Part shown: positions 44,896 to 57,400 of the stretch, piece by piece | How positions within the stretch are numbered: the first letter of the stretch is position 1 | Layout: every line of letters begins with the position of its first letter | NCBI GenBank assembly: GCA_028534125.1 | Contig: CM052827.1 | Coordinates: forward strand, 12,214,001-12,278,000 | Source of the DNA: Lama glama | Taxonomy: Eukaryota | Direction: 5' to 3' | DNA: 64,000 nt | Translations under genes and position numbers: made by a program | The notes under the pieces: generated by a model | What the model was told of the DNA's origin: nothing | Database searches by the model: none | What the model saw: the letters and a program-made list of their open reading frames with translations, nothing else

Positions 44896-46135
44896 AAATG
44901 CATATTCAGGTCTTTGCTAGAGGAATAAGTTCTGAGATTTTCTTCAGAATCCTCCAACACAAACAAAACAAAAAGAGTGGGAGGAAAAGATGCCTTAAAG
45001 GAAGAATGGCAAAATATTTGTAACCATAATGGGGTTTCATAACACTATTCTCTCTTCTTTTGTGATGCTTGAAATTTTCTATAATGAACTCTTTCTTAAA
45101 AGGAAGCTTTAGAGAGAAAAAAAGCCTCTAGAATCTGTCATATCTCTCTCACCTGTGTCTTCATAATCTAATAACTATTTACTGAGCACATACTCTGTTC
45201 CAGGCACTATTCCAAGGGCTTTATAAATATTTATCTTATAATGTGTAACACAGTATGTCAACATAATATGCAATATAATAGAATGCAATTGATTTTTAAT
45301 ATATTGTCACGTAATTTATATTTTATGTAATACATTTATTTTAAAATAGTGACTATTTAAAGTAGTTTATTAAACATTTAATATTTTAAGTGATATTAAA
45401 TCCTCACCAACACTCTGACAATCTAGATCTGCAGCACCATATACCTTCTGCCTCCTAGGAAACTAGGGCCAGAAAAGTAACATAGCCTGCCTAGGTTTAC
45501 ATAGCTGGTAAGTGGCAGAGTCAGGTTTTCGAAACCTAGGGGTCTGACTTCATGTCGTGTGTTTTTAGCCACTCTGCTATCTATACTGCCTCTCCAAAAG
45601 ATAATATAAAAGTGGCTGCTAGAGCTATCACAGCTTATACTTATTGAGTACTTATGCCAAGCCTCTTACTTTATCTTCACAGCTACCCTATGCAGTGGAT
45701 AGTGTTATCACCACTTTTAGTGGATGAGGAAACAGGCATAGAGACTGAGTCACTTACCCAAAGTTACACTAGAATTCTAAGAAACATAGTCGGAGTCTCT
45801 TGACCCTCTAGCCAAAGGCTCTGGCTTAGCTTACCTGCTAGGTTGTGGCAGATACCGAAGCAGTTCTCTTGCTGGTCCATCCCCCCATTCCTACAAGTAG
45901 CCTTGAACTCACAGGTGATTCTATTTCTCATCAAGGGATTTCAAGTTTGTTTCCCCTTATAAATACTACCCATTTTGCCTGCCTGGATTCTAGTTCTTCT
46001 GTGGCTCTCCTGCTTCCGTGTTCCTTGGGGACCCAGGGGTCTCTACCCTGGCATCTTTCCCTGCTGGGTTTCCGACCTCTCCTAGTCTGGCTTCTTCCCA
46101 TTAGCACTTAAACATCCCCAAGTTTCTCCCATCTC

Positions 46136-46166
<31 letters not shown>
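46136..46166 (+). repeat. (CAA)n microsatellite
   Basis: About 10 perfect caa units. Confidence 0.95.
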
Positions 46167-46167
<1 letters not shown>

Positions 46168-46903
46168 ATCAGCTCTAAGATACGCTTGCCCTCTGCCTCT
46201 TCCTAACTGACTTTTTTCTCCCCTTTCTGCATAGACATCTTGTCAAGAGAGGGGTCTATGCCTGCTGTCTGTACTTGTCTCATTCCTCAGCCCTGCAGTC
46301 CAGGAGATGACCTCCTGATGTGATTTCTTAAATCACCAACAGCCTCCTTGGTCCTAACTCCACAGACATTTAGTGGGATATTTTATACTCATTAGTTGAT
46401 TTTTACTGCAGCCCCGAGTGTAGCATCTCCCTTTTTCTGGCCTTGCCTTACAGTTCTCCTCCTTGCTCTCTTCCCCAGTTTAATGTCAGGTCTCAGCTCA
46501 TTTGTTGTCTCCTTCAGAAGGCCTTCACTGATCCCCTAAACTGGAGGTACTGCCTCTGGGTTCCCACAGCCTGCCTATTCAAGCCCTGATCACTCCAACA
46601 TGTGCTGCCCCTATTATAGCTCTGGTCACTCAGTCAGTAGTTTCCAGGAGTTCAGCAGGTCTTGTGTCAAGGTGGGGTCAGTGGGTCCTGAGAAGTCCAG
46701 GGTGAGGTTTATGTGGGGTCTAGAGGGTCATGGGGGATCAGGGCAAGGACATTTAATCAGTGGAGGTCAATGTGAGATCAGAGGATTATGGGAGGACAGT
46801 TCTACATGAAAAGGTTATGGAAAGTCAGTGAGGGGTTAAGAGGCCCCTGAGATCAGTACTAGGCTACACAAAGGTCTTGGCTGGAATTGAGGTAGCCCTT
46901 TAC

Positions 46904-47895
46904 TCGCATTTCCCAGTTGGGTCCCACAGCTGCACAGCCATCCCTGAAGCTGATGATCATTTGTGGTTGGGGAGCAGTGCAGCCAGGACAAACTGGGAAG
47001 TCAGAAATTACATGGAACCAGTCAGGATCTTGGGGCCTAGAACCCACCAATGTGGCTAGCTCACAGGCACAGGGTATAATAGGCATGGGTGTGAGCACAC
47101 TGAAGCCATCAAAGGTGGTGAAGAGGCCCCCAGGTGCTAGGTAACACATGGCACCCTTCTCAGACTCACAGTGAAGGAGGATTAATAAAATGGCCACATT
47201 TAGGCTAACAGATTGCTTATTCTTATGCTTGCCCTTGAAACGGTCAACTGACCTGACTAACCGGTTGCTACTCACAGTTTCAGGCCCATTGTTAAAACTA
47301 AAGCTATTGATCTTACTATTTTTACGTTATTCTAGTAATCAAAAGCTATAATCATGATTGGCCTCTGGGTCAATCTCCAGGGAGAAGGTCACAGAACTGT
47401 AACCTTCCAAAGTAGGCTAAATACCAAGAAGACCACACCTTGAGTGCTTACGAGATAACGAGATCGAAAAAGTGACAACTGCTAGCCTCTATAGAATTGG
47501 TCACCTGGAGGCATCATGACGCCATTCTAAGTCTTCTGATGAGAAAATGATTCTTTTGATTGTTATTGATGCTTTATTGTTTGAGCCATGGCTATAAAAC
47601 CTACCCCATCCCCAAAGTGGGTTCACAGTTTTAAAGGCACTAGCCTGCTGTGAGTGCCTTTTGCCTGGCAAAGTAATAGAGCTACCTCTTTTCTTCTAAG
47701 CTCCAAGACCCGGTCCCTGAGTTATTTGGCTCATCAGGGATGGGGGCGGAACTTTCAGCAACAACAACACTGTACATCCCCACCCAGGATGCAGCCTATG
47801 CTTTGTGGGCAAGAAAAGGGCTGGCACTGAAGGCCTTGGCCATGTCAGCACATACAGCGCTCTTGGCAGCCAGGCCGGACCAATGCCTCCCCAAT
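46904..47895 (-). pseudogene. FCGBP-like exon: TILa plus first half of the terminal VWD, split by a solo LTR
   Basis: IGEALVRPGCQERCMC*HGQGLQCQPFSCPQSIGCILGGDVQC [LTR] CESEKGAMCYLAPGGLFTTFDG...DWFHVISDFPVC...IISFRDGCAAVGPNWEMR|GTAAAG. Resembles the last VWD of FCGBP. Confidence 0.88.
47172..47763 (+). mobile_element. Solo ERV LTR (~590 bp)
   Basis: TG...CA termini, TATAAAA at 47593, degenerate polyA signal at ~47674 and an imperfect 4-bp TSD (acag/acaa). Removing it restores the reading frame of the host exon. Confidence 0.85.
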
Positions 47896-49489
47896 CTGCA
47901 GAGACAAAGACTCAATATTGGGTCCAAAAAGCCGTCATAAACATGAATGGACAAACAATGAAGCACCTGTGTAGCACACATCACAGACAAAGGACTAATT
48001 TCCCTAAATACATGAAGAGTTCCTAGAAATCAAAAACAAAAAGACCAACAACACAATATTTTTTTCTCCTTTATCAACAATACAATATTTTTAAAATGGG
48101 CAAAGGCTATTCAGAAAGTTAATAAAAAAGGAAATAGAAATGTTTCTTAGATATATGAAAAGATGCTCAACTTCCTAATAAGACATACAAATTAAAAATC
48201 TATTGAGATATTTTGTGTGTCTATGCAGAACAGACAGCCCCAGCTGTAGGCTCGGAGGTAATGGCCACAAAAGAAGGACAGTGATTCCATAATTCTGTCC
48301 AGCTACAGAGAGGGCATGGGGGGTGGGAGAACAGCCAGGGAAGGGAGTATTGGCAGTCAGAAGACATTCTTGGAACTGTCAATGAAGGATCAGAGAGAGA
48401 TCAAGGAGAACATTCATTAGGGATCAAAAGAGAATTCAGTGGGAAGTCAATGGAGGCTAAATGGGGGGTCACCAAAGGATCCAATGGGGGATCAATGATA
48501 GAGTGACTGGATGGTCAGAATTAATGAGAGGTCAGTGGACAATCAATGAAGGTGGTAAAAAAAAAAAGAATGATTAGGGAGTCAGTGGGAAGAGTCAGTG
48601 AGGAATCAAAGGGAGGATCAAGAAGAGGGCAAATGGAGAAAGTGAAATGAGTCACTGAAGATCAAGAGAAGGCTTTGGGTGGAACTAGGGGTGCTGCTCA
48701 AGTGGAGGGTTAATGAGGGTGGAGTTAGAAAGTGAGTCGATGAATTAATGAGACACTATGAAAGGCTCAATGGATGAGATAATGAGTCAAAGAGGCTCAA
48801 CTGGGTAACAGAAAAGCTGAGAATTCAATGGAGGAGTCAGTATCAACAGGAAGCTCAATAGCAAGATCTACAGGGGTGTAAGTGGGGGCATTAATGGGCC
48901 AGTCATGGATCACTGGGAGTGTCAATAGATAGCTCAGCACAGATCAGTGGGGTAGGAGTGTGGGGTGGGGTCAACAGGGCAGTAAATAGGGTTAATGGGT
49001 GAGTCAATATAACAGTAGTAGGATCAGTTGGGGAGGGGCAATGGGTTAATGGGATATTAAAAGGGGGGTGAAAGAGAGGGTCAATGGGGAGGTCAGGGCT
49101 GAGCCGGTGGGTTAAAGAGGAGTCAATCAGGGAGTCAATGGAAGACTCAATGGAGAGTTAATGGGAGAGTAGTAGGAGTCTCAAGGGTGGTTAAGCATGA
49201 ACAAGTCAGAGTCAGTGGGAAGGAGTCGACAAGCAAGTCAGTGAGGAGGAGGGTCAGTAACCACCGGTAAGGGATAAATAGGGCCACTAGGGAATTGGAG
49301 TGGACACATTTGAGGACCAGTGGGAGAGTCAGTAAAAGAGGCATCAAAGGAAAAGAAGGGTCACTATGGGTTATCTGAGAATAGTGGGAGGGATGGTGGG
49401 TCAGTGTGGGACTTTGGAACCTCCCCTAGAAGTAGTTGCGATCTTTCAGACTCACATCTAGCCTCAGACCATAGGCTGAGGGGGTCAGG

Positions 49490-50034
49490 TCCTTGGGCAG
49501 CCACATGACCACAGAAGTGGGGTCAAATTGAGGCTGAAGGGCTCAAGGTTGGTGTGGGCTGTGTCACAGAGACCTGCCAGGTGGTAGACGCAGGAGCCAG
49601 GGAGTTCACAGTGGGCTCCTCCAAATGTGTGGAAGTGGAAGTCTCCAGTGGCAGTGCAGACCAGTGGTTCCTCCAGGGTGGTGGTGCTGGGTGGGGGCTG
49701 GGCTAATAGGTAGTGATGCCAGCCACCTGTGGCAGCCTTGCAGCGACCACAGCCCTTCTCAGGCCAGCACCCGGTAGACTGCTCACCAGGGCCCCAGGGG
49801 CTGGGCAGTGGCGGTTCTGAATACAGCTGTCTGTCCAGAAAGTGCAGCATTGGTGCAGGAAGCAGGAGCAGTGGCACGGAGCACACATCAACCCTCCAGC
49901 AGCGAAGAGCAGGCAGGCACTGGCAGCTAGGGGCACAGGGGTGGCCACAGTGCTCTGGGGCTGAGGGGTTGGCACATGTGGCTGGATGTGCAGAGACACA
50001 TGGGAAAAAGCAGGAGTTTGTCAGGCACTGGGGA
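49490..50034 (-). pseudogene. FCGBP-like exon: TIL-TILa plus start of a VWD (3' end truncated or unclear)
   Basis: PQCLTNSCFFPCVSAHPATCANPSAPEHCGHPCAPSCQC; TFWTDSC; CTATGDFHFHTFGGAHCELPGSCVYHLAGLC. The phase-2 acceptor matches the upstream donor. Confidence 0.85.
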
Positions 50035-50227
50035 CTGGGACCAAGGACTAATGATGGGGAACCAGCAGTGGGGCCACAGGCCTCAGGGCAGGGGCCAAGG
50101 TGGCTGAGGGGGAGAATGAGGGTCAGGGACCTATTAGTTGCAGGAGTCTGGGTCACCAGTCCCCTCCTTCCCAAGACCCAGAGGTCATGCCTCTATCTCT
50201 GACCCCTCAGACCACAACCCTGCTCAC

Positions 50228-50680
50228 CTTGCAGTAGAGCCTAGGAGTCCATCTGTGATGCCACAGACTTCCTCCGTAAGGCAGCTGAAGGGGACACAAG
50301 CCAGGTGCCCTCCAGGGCTGCACACTGGCACCAGCCGTCTGGCAGGCGGCCACACAGGCTTGCAGGCAGGCCACAGAGCACTTTGTGGTTCCTGAGGGCA
50401 CAGCCCATTTTGACCACAGAGGTCTGGAAGATGGGCTCCAGCAGCAGGCATGCGTGGCAGGGCGCCAGCAGGCCGCTGGGCTCACACGGGAGGCCACAGG
50501 TGCTGTGTCTGGGCTCTTGTCCTCAGTGGCTGCTGGACAGCTGGCATCTGGGCAGGGATGCAGTGCAGGCCAAGGCCTCGGCTGCTGCAGGTTATCTGTT
50601 GAAGTCGCCACAGAGGCTGTGCAACCGCCCCTGTCAGCGCAAGGACAGGCAGCCGAAGGTCAGTGGTGGGGGTCAGGGAC
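50228..50680 (-). pseudogene. FCGBP-like exon: VWD tail, then C8 fused to a TILa end
   Basis: QGRLHSLCGDFN; CGLPCEPSGLLAPCHACL; LQACVAACQTAGASVQPWR; CSPGGHLACVPFSCLTEEVCGITDGLLG. Phase-2 donor AG|GTGAGC. Confidence 0.85.
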
Positions 50681-51619
50681 TGGGGAGAATCAAGGAGAAG
50701 AGGGGTTGGCAGTGGTGTGGGGAGTGAGTGCGGAGGCTAAGAGAGGTGGTGTGCTGGAACAGGGGGAGAGTGGAGAGGGAGGGGAAGAGGGAGAGGAGGG
50801 ATGTGGGGGTGAAGTAAAGGGGGAGAGGGAGTCAAGGCGGAAGGGGCAATCACAGCAGCACTTGGGAGTGGGTACTGAAGAGTAGGAAGAAGACCAGGAA
50901 AGGTGTGGGAGGAGGTGTGTGGAGGTTAGGAGAGGGGAAGGAAAATGAGGTGAGGCGAGTGGTGGGGTGGGCACGGGGGTGTAAGGTGAGAAGGAGTATT
51001 CCTATTTGGAGACAAAGGAGAGACCTAGAGGGCATCTGTGGACCTGGGGGATCAGGAGGCGGCAATGGAGGGTTGGAGAGCCAGGGAAGAGGTGGGAGGA
51101 GATGTTGGGACAGGAGGAGGGGAGAGGATGCGAGGCAGGAGGAAGGGCAGAGGTGAGAGAGGGGCATGCAGGGAAGGAAGGTGGGCAAGCAGGGACTGGG
51201 GTTGGGGATGCCAGGTGGGAGTTGGGGAAGAGGTAACGGTAATCATGGAGCATGGAGGGCACCCGGAGACCCAGGCAGAGGAAAAGAGACCTGGAGATGA
51301 AGATGTGGGGGGTGGGAGAGACAGGTGGGGTGGGCATACTGGGGTGAAGAGAAGTGGGGGAGGGAAGTGGGAGAGACAGAGAGCCTGGGCAGTATGGAGA
51401 AGGGACATGTGGACCCAGCTATTGGGAGAGGGGCTGAAAGGAGAAGGGGAAGGAAGAGAGGGAGGAGGAGGTGGAGAATAGAGAAGGAAGAAGGAAAAGA
51501 GAGTGGAAATGAGGGTGATGGGGGGAGGAAGGCCTCAGTGGGGGGTAGGCAGAGATTGGACCATCAGTAAGAGACTGGATGGCAGCTGAAAGGAGGCAAA
51601 GGAGGGGGCGGGATCTCAC

Positions 51620-52097
51620 CTTGACACATCCCTGGTCCAGGAGGAAGCGGTGGAGCAGCACGCGGTGGATTTCAGGCATCCATGAGCCATTTTCCAGCAC
51701 TACCTTGAAGGGCCACGTACCCAAAGGCAACATTTCTGTGTGCCCACCAATGAATAGGTGCAGGCGTTGGGGAGGTGGAAGGTGGTGCTCTCGAAAGTGC
51801 GGTAATGGAGCCTGCCTGGGGCGAGGCAGAGATCAGGGGCCACCCATCCTGCTCGGCACGGTTTGCAGGCCATCTGGCCGCCAGGTGGCAGCGGCAGCAG
51901 CGGCTGTGTGCGGAGTGAAGGGCGGGCAGCGGCGCCGGCGCAGCTCAGCACGAAGCCCGCTTCGCACACGCAGCCCTCGCAGCCCTGGAGGCAGCGCCCG
52001 CGATCCTCGCAGCCGGGTGGCCGCTCCTGTCCTGCGATAGTGTCTGGGCAGCTCCGAGCACACAGTGTGTAGTGTGAGTGTGTGCGGCAAAGCAAGC
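51620..52097 (-). pseudogene. FCGBP-like exon: TIL plus first half of a VWD
   Basis: CRTHSHYTLCARSCPDT...CLQGCEGCVCEAGFVLS (TIL); CLAPGRLHYRTFESTTFHLPNACTYSL, then a frameshift to PFKVVLEN...K|GTGAGA. Confidence 0.88.
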
Positions 52098-52669
52098 CTG
52101 CGAGGAGTAGGAATGGAGGGTTACTTGATGGCAAGTGGCTGCTGGAGTCTCACCCTCACCTCTGGGGCTGGGCTGTGGCATCTGGGGCCTTGCAAGGGTA
52201 AGGGATGGAAAGCTTGACTTGGGCAGAGCTGAAGCTAACTTTGCAATGGGTAAAGAAAGACCAGGTAGCCAACCATGAATCAGAAGCACAGTTAATCCCT
52301 AAGGGTTTGGGATGGGTAAGGGTTTGGGGGCTGGACCATGAACAGGTCTGAGTTTCTGAAGAGGTAAGGGTTGACGGGCTGGACCATAATCAGGGCTAAG
52401 AAGTAGGAAGGATAAGAGCCAGGGGAAGGACTTTCGTCTGAGTTGGGCTGACACTTTTGGACGGGCAAAGTATGAGGTCCCCGACCATGACAGGGAGTGG
52501 AGAAGTGGTTGGAGGCTGGCACCGTGGGAAGTATGGGTCTCAAGGACTAAATTGTGTGTGGCGGGTGGGAGGTGGGGAGACTGGCACCCTAAGATGGGCA
52601 ACAAGGAGCTGAACTGGGGTCAGGAGTGGGTCAGAGAGGAGAGGCTGGACCGAAGCCCTGGACACTCAC

Positions 52670-53030
52670 TGCACAGGCTCAATTTCTGCCAGGGGAAGAC
52701 CTGGCTGCCCAGCAGCTGGCAAGTTTCACGGTAGACACTTAGCATCTAGCAGGTTACAGTGCCCAGGCATATATCCACCATGCAATCTTGGACAGAGGGG
52801 TTTGGGGCAAGCAGTTTACAGCACAGTCAGAAGGGCCCCAGTGTGGCCAAGAGGATGTCACATATGTAGACAAAGTGGGCTGGGGTGCTGGTGGTTGGCA
52901 GGGTGACAGAGGATGGTAGCAGTGGCAGCATCTTGCCAGCAGCATCCAGGTACCCAGCGCGGGAACCCACCAAGAAACTACGGCCAAAGGCCCAGGCCAA
53001 TGCATCCTCAGGCAGCTTGGTGCCCCCTAG
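52670..53030 (-). pseudogene. FCGBP-like exon remnant: VWD tail plus C8
   Basis: AFGRSFLV...CDILLATLGPF*LC..LLAPNPSVQDCMVDICLG..C*MLSVYRETCQLLGSQVFPWQKLSLC. Stops at 52827-52829 and 52746-52748; phase-1 GTGAGT donor. Confidence 0.85.
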
Positions 53031-53533
53031 AGTGGAGGCTTTGCAGCCCCAGCAATCCTCACCTCACATAGTAAAGTTTCTGTCCTCAGAAACCGGAAGT
53101 CCCTTCTCCAGAACATAAAAGTCAGGCCATGGGACATGAAACTCTCACTGCAGACCCTGGAGTCTTCACTGCCTAGAGGACTTTTCCATCCACCAAATCT
53201 AGGAATCTTGCCTTTTAGAACTGCGTAATTCCGGACCCCAGAAACTATGTCTTCACTTTCAGGACCCACAGACTCCAACTCCAAGACCCAGGTGTTCCAG
53301 TCCTCAGAACCCAGAAGCCCCACCCCTAGGGTGGAGGAGCCTCCATCCTCAGACCCAAGAAGCCCTGGCTCCAGAGCCTCAGCAGTCCCATCCCTAAGGC
53401 CCGAGGCCATCCCACCCCAGGGACCCTGAGCTTTGCCCCAGGAATCAACTCTAGTATCAAGGAATGTCCCCTCTAGTTTCCAGAGTCCCTTTCACCAGCA
53501 GCCCATAGCCCTTTACTTCTAAGGCTCACTCAA

Positions 53534-54102
53534 GGCAACCAGCTGGGAATTTCCAGGGATGGACGCTGATACCCAGGTGCTGACAAGCAGGCATATAGAC
53601 CTGGAGGGCCACACAAAGCCCAAGTTGGTAGTTGGGGAAGAGATAGATCGACAGATCCAAGCACTGCAGCTGGACACAAAGAGTGTAGGCTGCAGCAGAT
53701 AATCGCAGTGGCCTGATGACCTGTTCAGAGCTCCTAGGACAGCACAGGGCCCTGGGGTCTCTGTTTGGGGTGCAGGCTGGGCACAGGAAGCAGCCCAGAG
53801 GGTGTGGCATGGGGTAGCAGGTGGCTGCAGGGCCCAATTGCACAAGAAGACGCGAGGCTTGGGACCTCCCACATCTTCGGGAGTTTCCCAGTTGAAGTTC
53901 CCACACAGGCCTGCCATTTGTGCACGTTAGCTGCTGGTCATTTGCAGAGACCACACGTGCTGCCAGTCGGCGACGAGGCACAGTTTGGGTGGCTCTTGTT
54001 CCAGATCTGCCTCTGCTCATAATTTGGAGCTGCGAGGGTACAACCACAGCTGCCCATCACTCAGGGTCACTGGCTGCCACAGCCACTGCTGGGCAGGGCG
54101 AC
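53534..54102 (-). pseudogene. FCGBP-like exon: second half of VWD1 plus C8
   Basis: PVTLSDGQLWLY...DWQH...SS*RAQMAGLCGNFN...LCVALQVYMPACQHLGISVHPWKFPAGC. In-frame stops at 54017-54019 and 53927-53929, plus a frameshift. The donor reads TTGAGT. Confidence 0.88.
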
Positions 54103-56401
54103 CTAAGAGCCAGAGTCACCAGAAAGGCTGCATTCCTAAGCATTTGAGGAGGGGTGAGGGTTGGAAGCTGAGGGGGTTGAATGTTGGGGTACTGATTGAG
54201 TGGGGGCTTCAAGGTCTCATTCTCAGCCACTAACCAAGAGTCTTGTTTCCACACCCAGATGTGTCCTCACACAAAACTCAAAAGTCTTTCTCTGAGGAAT
54301 CCAGATAAGTTATTTTCACTAAGGAGCTACGACTGCCCACTTCCTCCAGTTCATAGGAGAGCCTTCAGCCAGAACTCAAATGTCTTTCCCACAATTACCA
54401 AGAGCCTCTGCTAAGAGCTTCCAAATCAGAGAGTATCTCCCTTCTTCCAATCCATGATTTCCTTTTTTAATCCTCTATCCCCCAGAAGGTTTCCAACCCA
54501 CCTTTTAGTCTCCCTCACTGCCTCCATCCTGGCCCGACCCCCATCATCTCCTGCCAGGACTACTGCAGCAAACCTCCTCACTGTTCTCCCAGCACTTCCT
54601 TCACAAGCTCCAGAGTCTGTTCCCCACATGGCAGCCACAAGGACCTTATTCACATGCAAGTGATAGTTCATCCCTCCCCTGCACAAAATCTTTCCTTGGC
54701 TCCCACCTCACAAAGAATAAAAGCTAAAGTTGCTGTGAGAGCCCACATGGCCATACACAATCTGACCCCCATGATCTCTCCCTTTTCTCGGCACCATGAT
54801 CCCTCCACTTCAGCCTGGACTTCTTGCTGTTCCTGTAATGTCCCTGGCAGATTTTCACTTTAGGCACTTGCTGTTCCCTCTGCCTGGAATGCTCTTTTCT
54901 CAGATACCCACACGGCCCTCTCCCTCACTTCCTTTAAGACTTGGCTTAAGTTTCATCTTCTCAGCGAGGCCCTCCTATTTAAAACTGTACTCTCAGAAAT
55001 CCTGATCCCACTTTCCTTGCTCTATTTTTTCTCTTTAGCACGTATCATCTTCTAACATACTATAAAATTAACTTAAATGTGTGGCTTATCTCTCGCCGCT
55101 AGAATATAAGCACTGGAAGAACAAGGATTTTGTCTGCCTTGGTTGCTGATGTGCCTTCCGTTTCTTGAACAAGGTCTGATACACAATAATTAAAAATATT
55201 CCTCAATTAATGAGGGAACTCAGGAGTGTCAGGTCCCTGGGAGATGGGGGCCCATGTGGTGAGAGTAAAAATCTGGAGCCCTGAGAATTTGAGGATGCTG
55301 GAGACCTGGAGTGGAGGCTGAAGGATGCTGAGGAACCACTAGAGCACTTGGGGGAAATCCTGACTCCTGAGTGTCAGGGCGAGCTCTCAAGGGGTGTGGA
55401 GGGGAGTATGGACCATCATGGGCTCCCACAGCAAGTCAGAATCATACACTTTCTGAGCTTTCCATGTATTCTCATTTTTGTCCTCAATACAGCCCTATGG
55501 AGTAGGTCTTTACATCATTCTGATTTCACAGATGAAGAAACGGAGGCTCAGAGAGGTTAAATCATCTGCCTAAAGTCATACAAATAACAAGTAGTCAAGT
55601 TGGGATTGCACCCATGCCATATGGGTCCAGAGTCTGTTGTCCTTCTATAGTGCTGAAAGGTGGCTTTGCTACATCCGTAACCTCCATGAGTTTTCCCCCT
55701 CTAGCAACTCTGATTAAATATAGTCTAGCCCCCACAACCTTCCATCCAGAGCACTGTCCCTAAATCTTCCCTGAAGAAAAATGTGGGACATACCCGACAT
55801 ACCCGTGACTGCATATGGTCCGAGGATATGTCCAAAGCTCAGAGAATTTGGAGGCTCCAGATGCCAGTGTTAGGGGGCAATAAACATAGCAAACATCCCT
55901 CACATGGCACTTACCATGAAATGGACTCTGTTCCAAGTGCTTTTCATATATTAACTCATTCCCACCTTACAGCGACCTGACGAGGTGGGTGCTAGAGATC
56001 CATAATCCCTTAACTACAATCCCCCAATGCAAAACTGGTCTGAAGACAGAAAGATGTTTTGTGTGTTTGATGTTAAAACTAACTTGGCAGCGAAAGCTGA
56101 CCTGAACTTATGAGTGGCTGCTTACTGTCTTAACTTATTCCACTCAGTATGAATATTCAGACATGTCACTGCAGAGATATTAATATTTGTTATTTTTAAC
56201 ACCCACTAGGAGTATGATATAAAATACGTGGCATTTGCATGATATGACCATTTGAAATTCCAAAATCTGAAATGCACTTGGCCCCAGTCATTTTAGATAA
56301 AGGACGGTGGACCTGCATAATTGCCTCCATTTCTGAGATGACAAAACTGTGGGACAGAGAAGGATAGGGCTTCCCAGGATTCCATACAGTATGATTCTTA
56401 C

Positions 56402-57400
56402 CAGAACAAAGCAGAACTCATGTTTGACTGTAGTGATGGTAATGCCAAAGATGTGCCTTGTGACAAAGCATGGGCTGTCTCCCTCCAGAGTAGGCAACCC
56501 ACAGTTGGAAGGCAGGGAGGCCACTGGTTAGGGTCTGAGGGTGCAGCCCCAAGGCATGGGGAAAGAGTAGCCATCAAAAGTGTAGATGTATGGTAACCCA
56601 GAGGCCCAAAACTTACCCCTTGTGATGGACCCCTGCCCATTAGAGACAGTTGCTATCTCTGATTTGCACAGGTATCATTTTGGACCCAAACACAGTTTCA
56701 AGTTCTGGTTTCTCCACTGCCACAGCCTCTGAGCTTGGCTCAGTCACTGGCACCACCTTGAGCCCCAGCTTGGCCACTGAGGCAATTTCTGACTGAGATC
56801 AAGACACTGTCTTGGATTTGGGCTCTGGTTCAGCTGAGCATGGGCAGGGAGACAAGTGCAGGTGCTGGTTCAACTACAGCTAACAGATTTAGGCCAGGGT
56901 TCACTCACAGCCCCTGAGAAAGCCCCAGATAAGCTGCAGCCACAGGTAAAAAAAAAAGCCCTGGTTTAGCTTCATGTATGCTCTCTGATCCTGGTTTGAC
57001 CATTACCATAGTTTTAGCTCTGGACGCTGTTTTGGAGTCCTTTAGAGATACTGTCTTGGAACTGGACATGGTCTTGGATCCAGATGTGTCCTGAGTGCTG
57101 TGCATACACTTAGCTTTGTGCTTTACAAGGTGACTTGTGGTCCCATCAGAGCATGCATAGTCTTTACAGGAGAATGGAACTGGAGGGGCATCATCACGGA
57201 AGATTCTAGGCATCATTAGGGAAGATTCTAGGAAGGAATGGGATTCCATGGGAGGGTCCACAGCCGTCTCAGAACACCTGGAGATGAGTGGAGAGGATGC
57301 AGCAGAACTGAATCCTGGCATTTAATTTCATCCCTGACCTGCCTTCACACCCTAAGCATCCAGGGTCCCTGGCATTGAAGCCTCAACATTCAGAAGCTAA
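56402..57400 (-). pseudogene. FCGBP-like exon: S/T/K/E-rich repetitive stalk plus first half of VWD1 (5' boundary approximate)
   Basis: Degenerate SKTVS/KPGSE/KPELE units run into WASGLPYIYTFDGYSFPMPWGCT and IFGITITTVKHEFCFVL|GTAAGA, typical of a VWD first-half exon. Confidence 0.75.

Noticed and set aside
56611-56620. Consensus-looking donor G|GTAAGT
   Set aside because: The sequence right after it encodes the VWD start (WASGLPYIYTFDG), so the exon continues to the donor at 56402.
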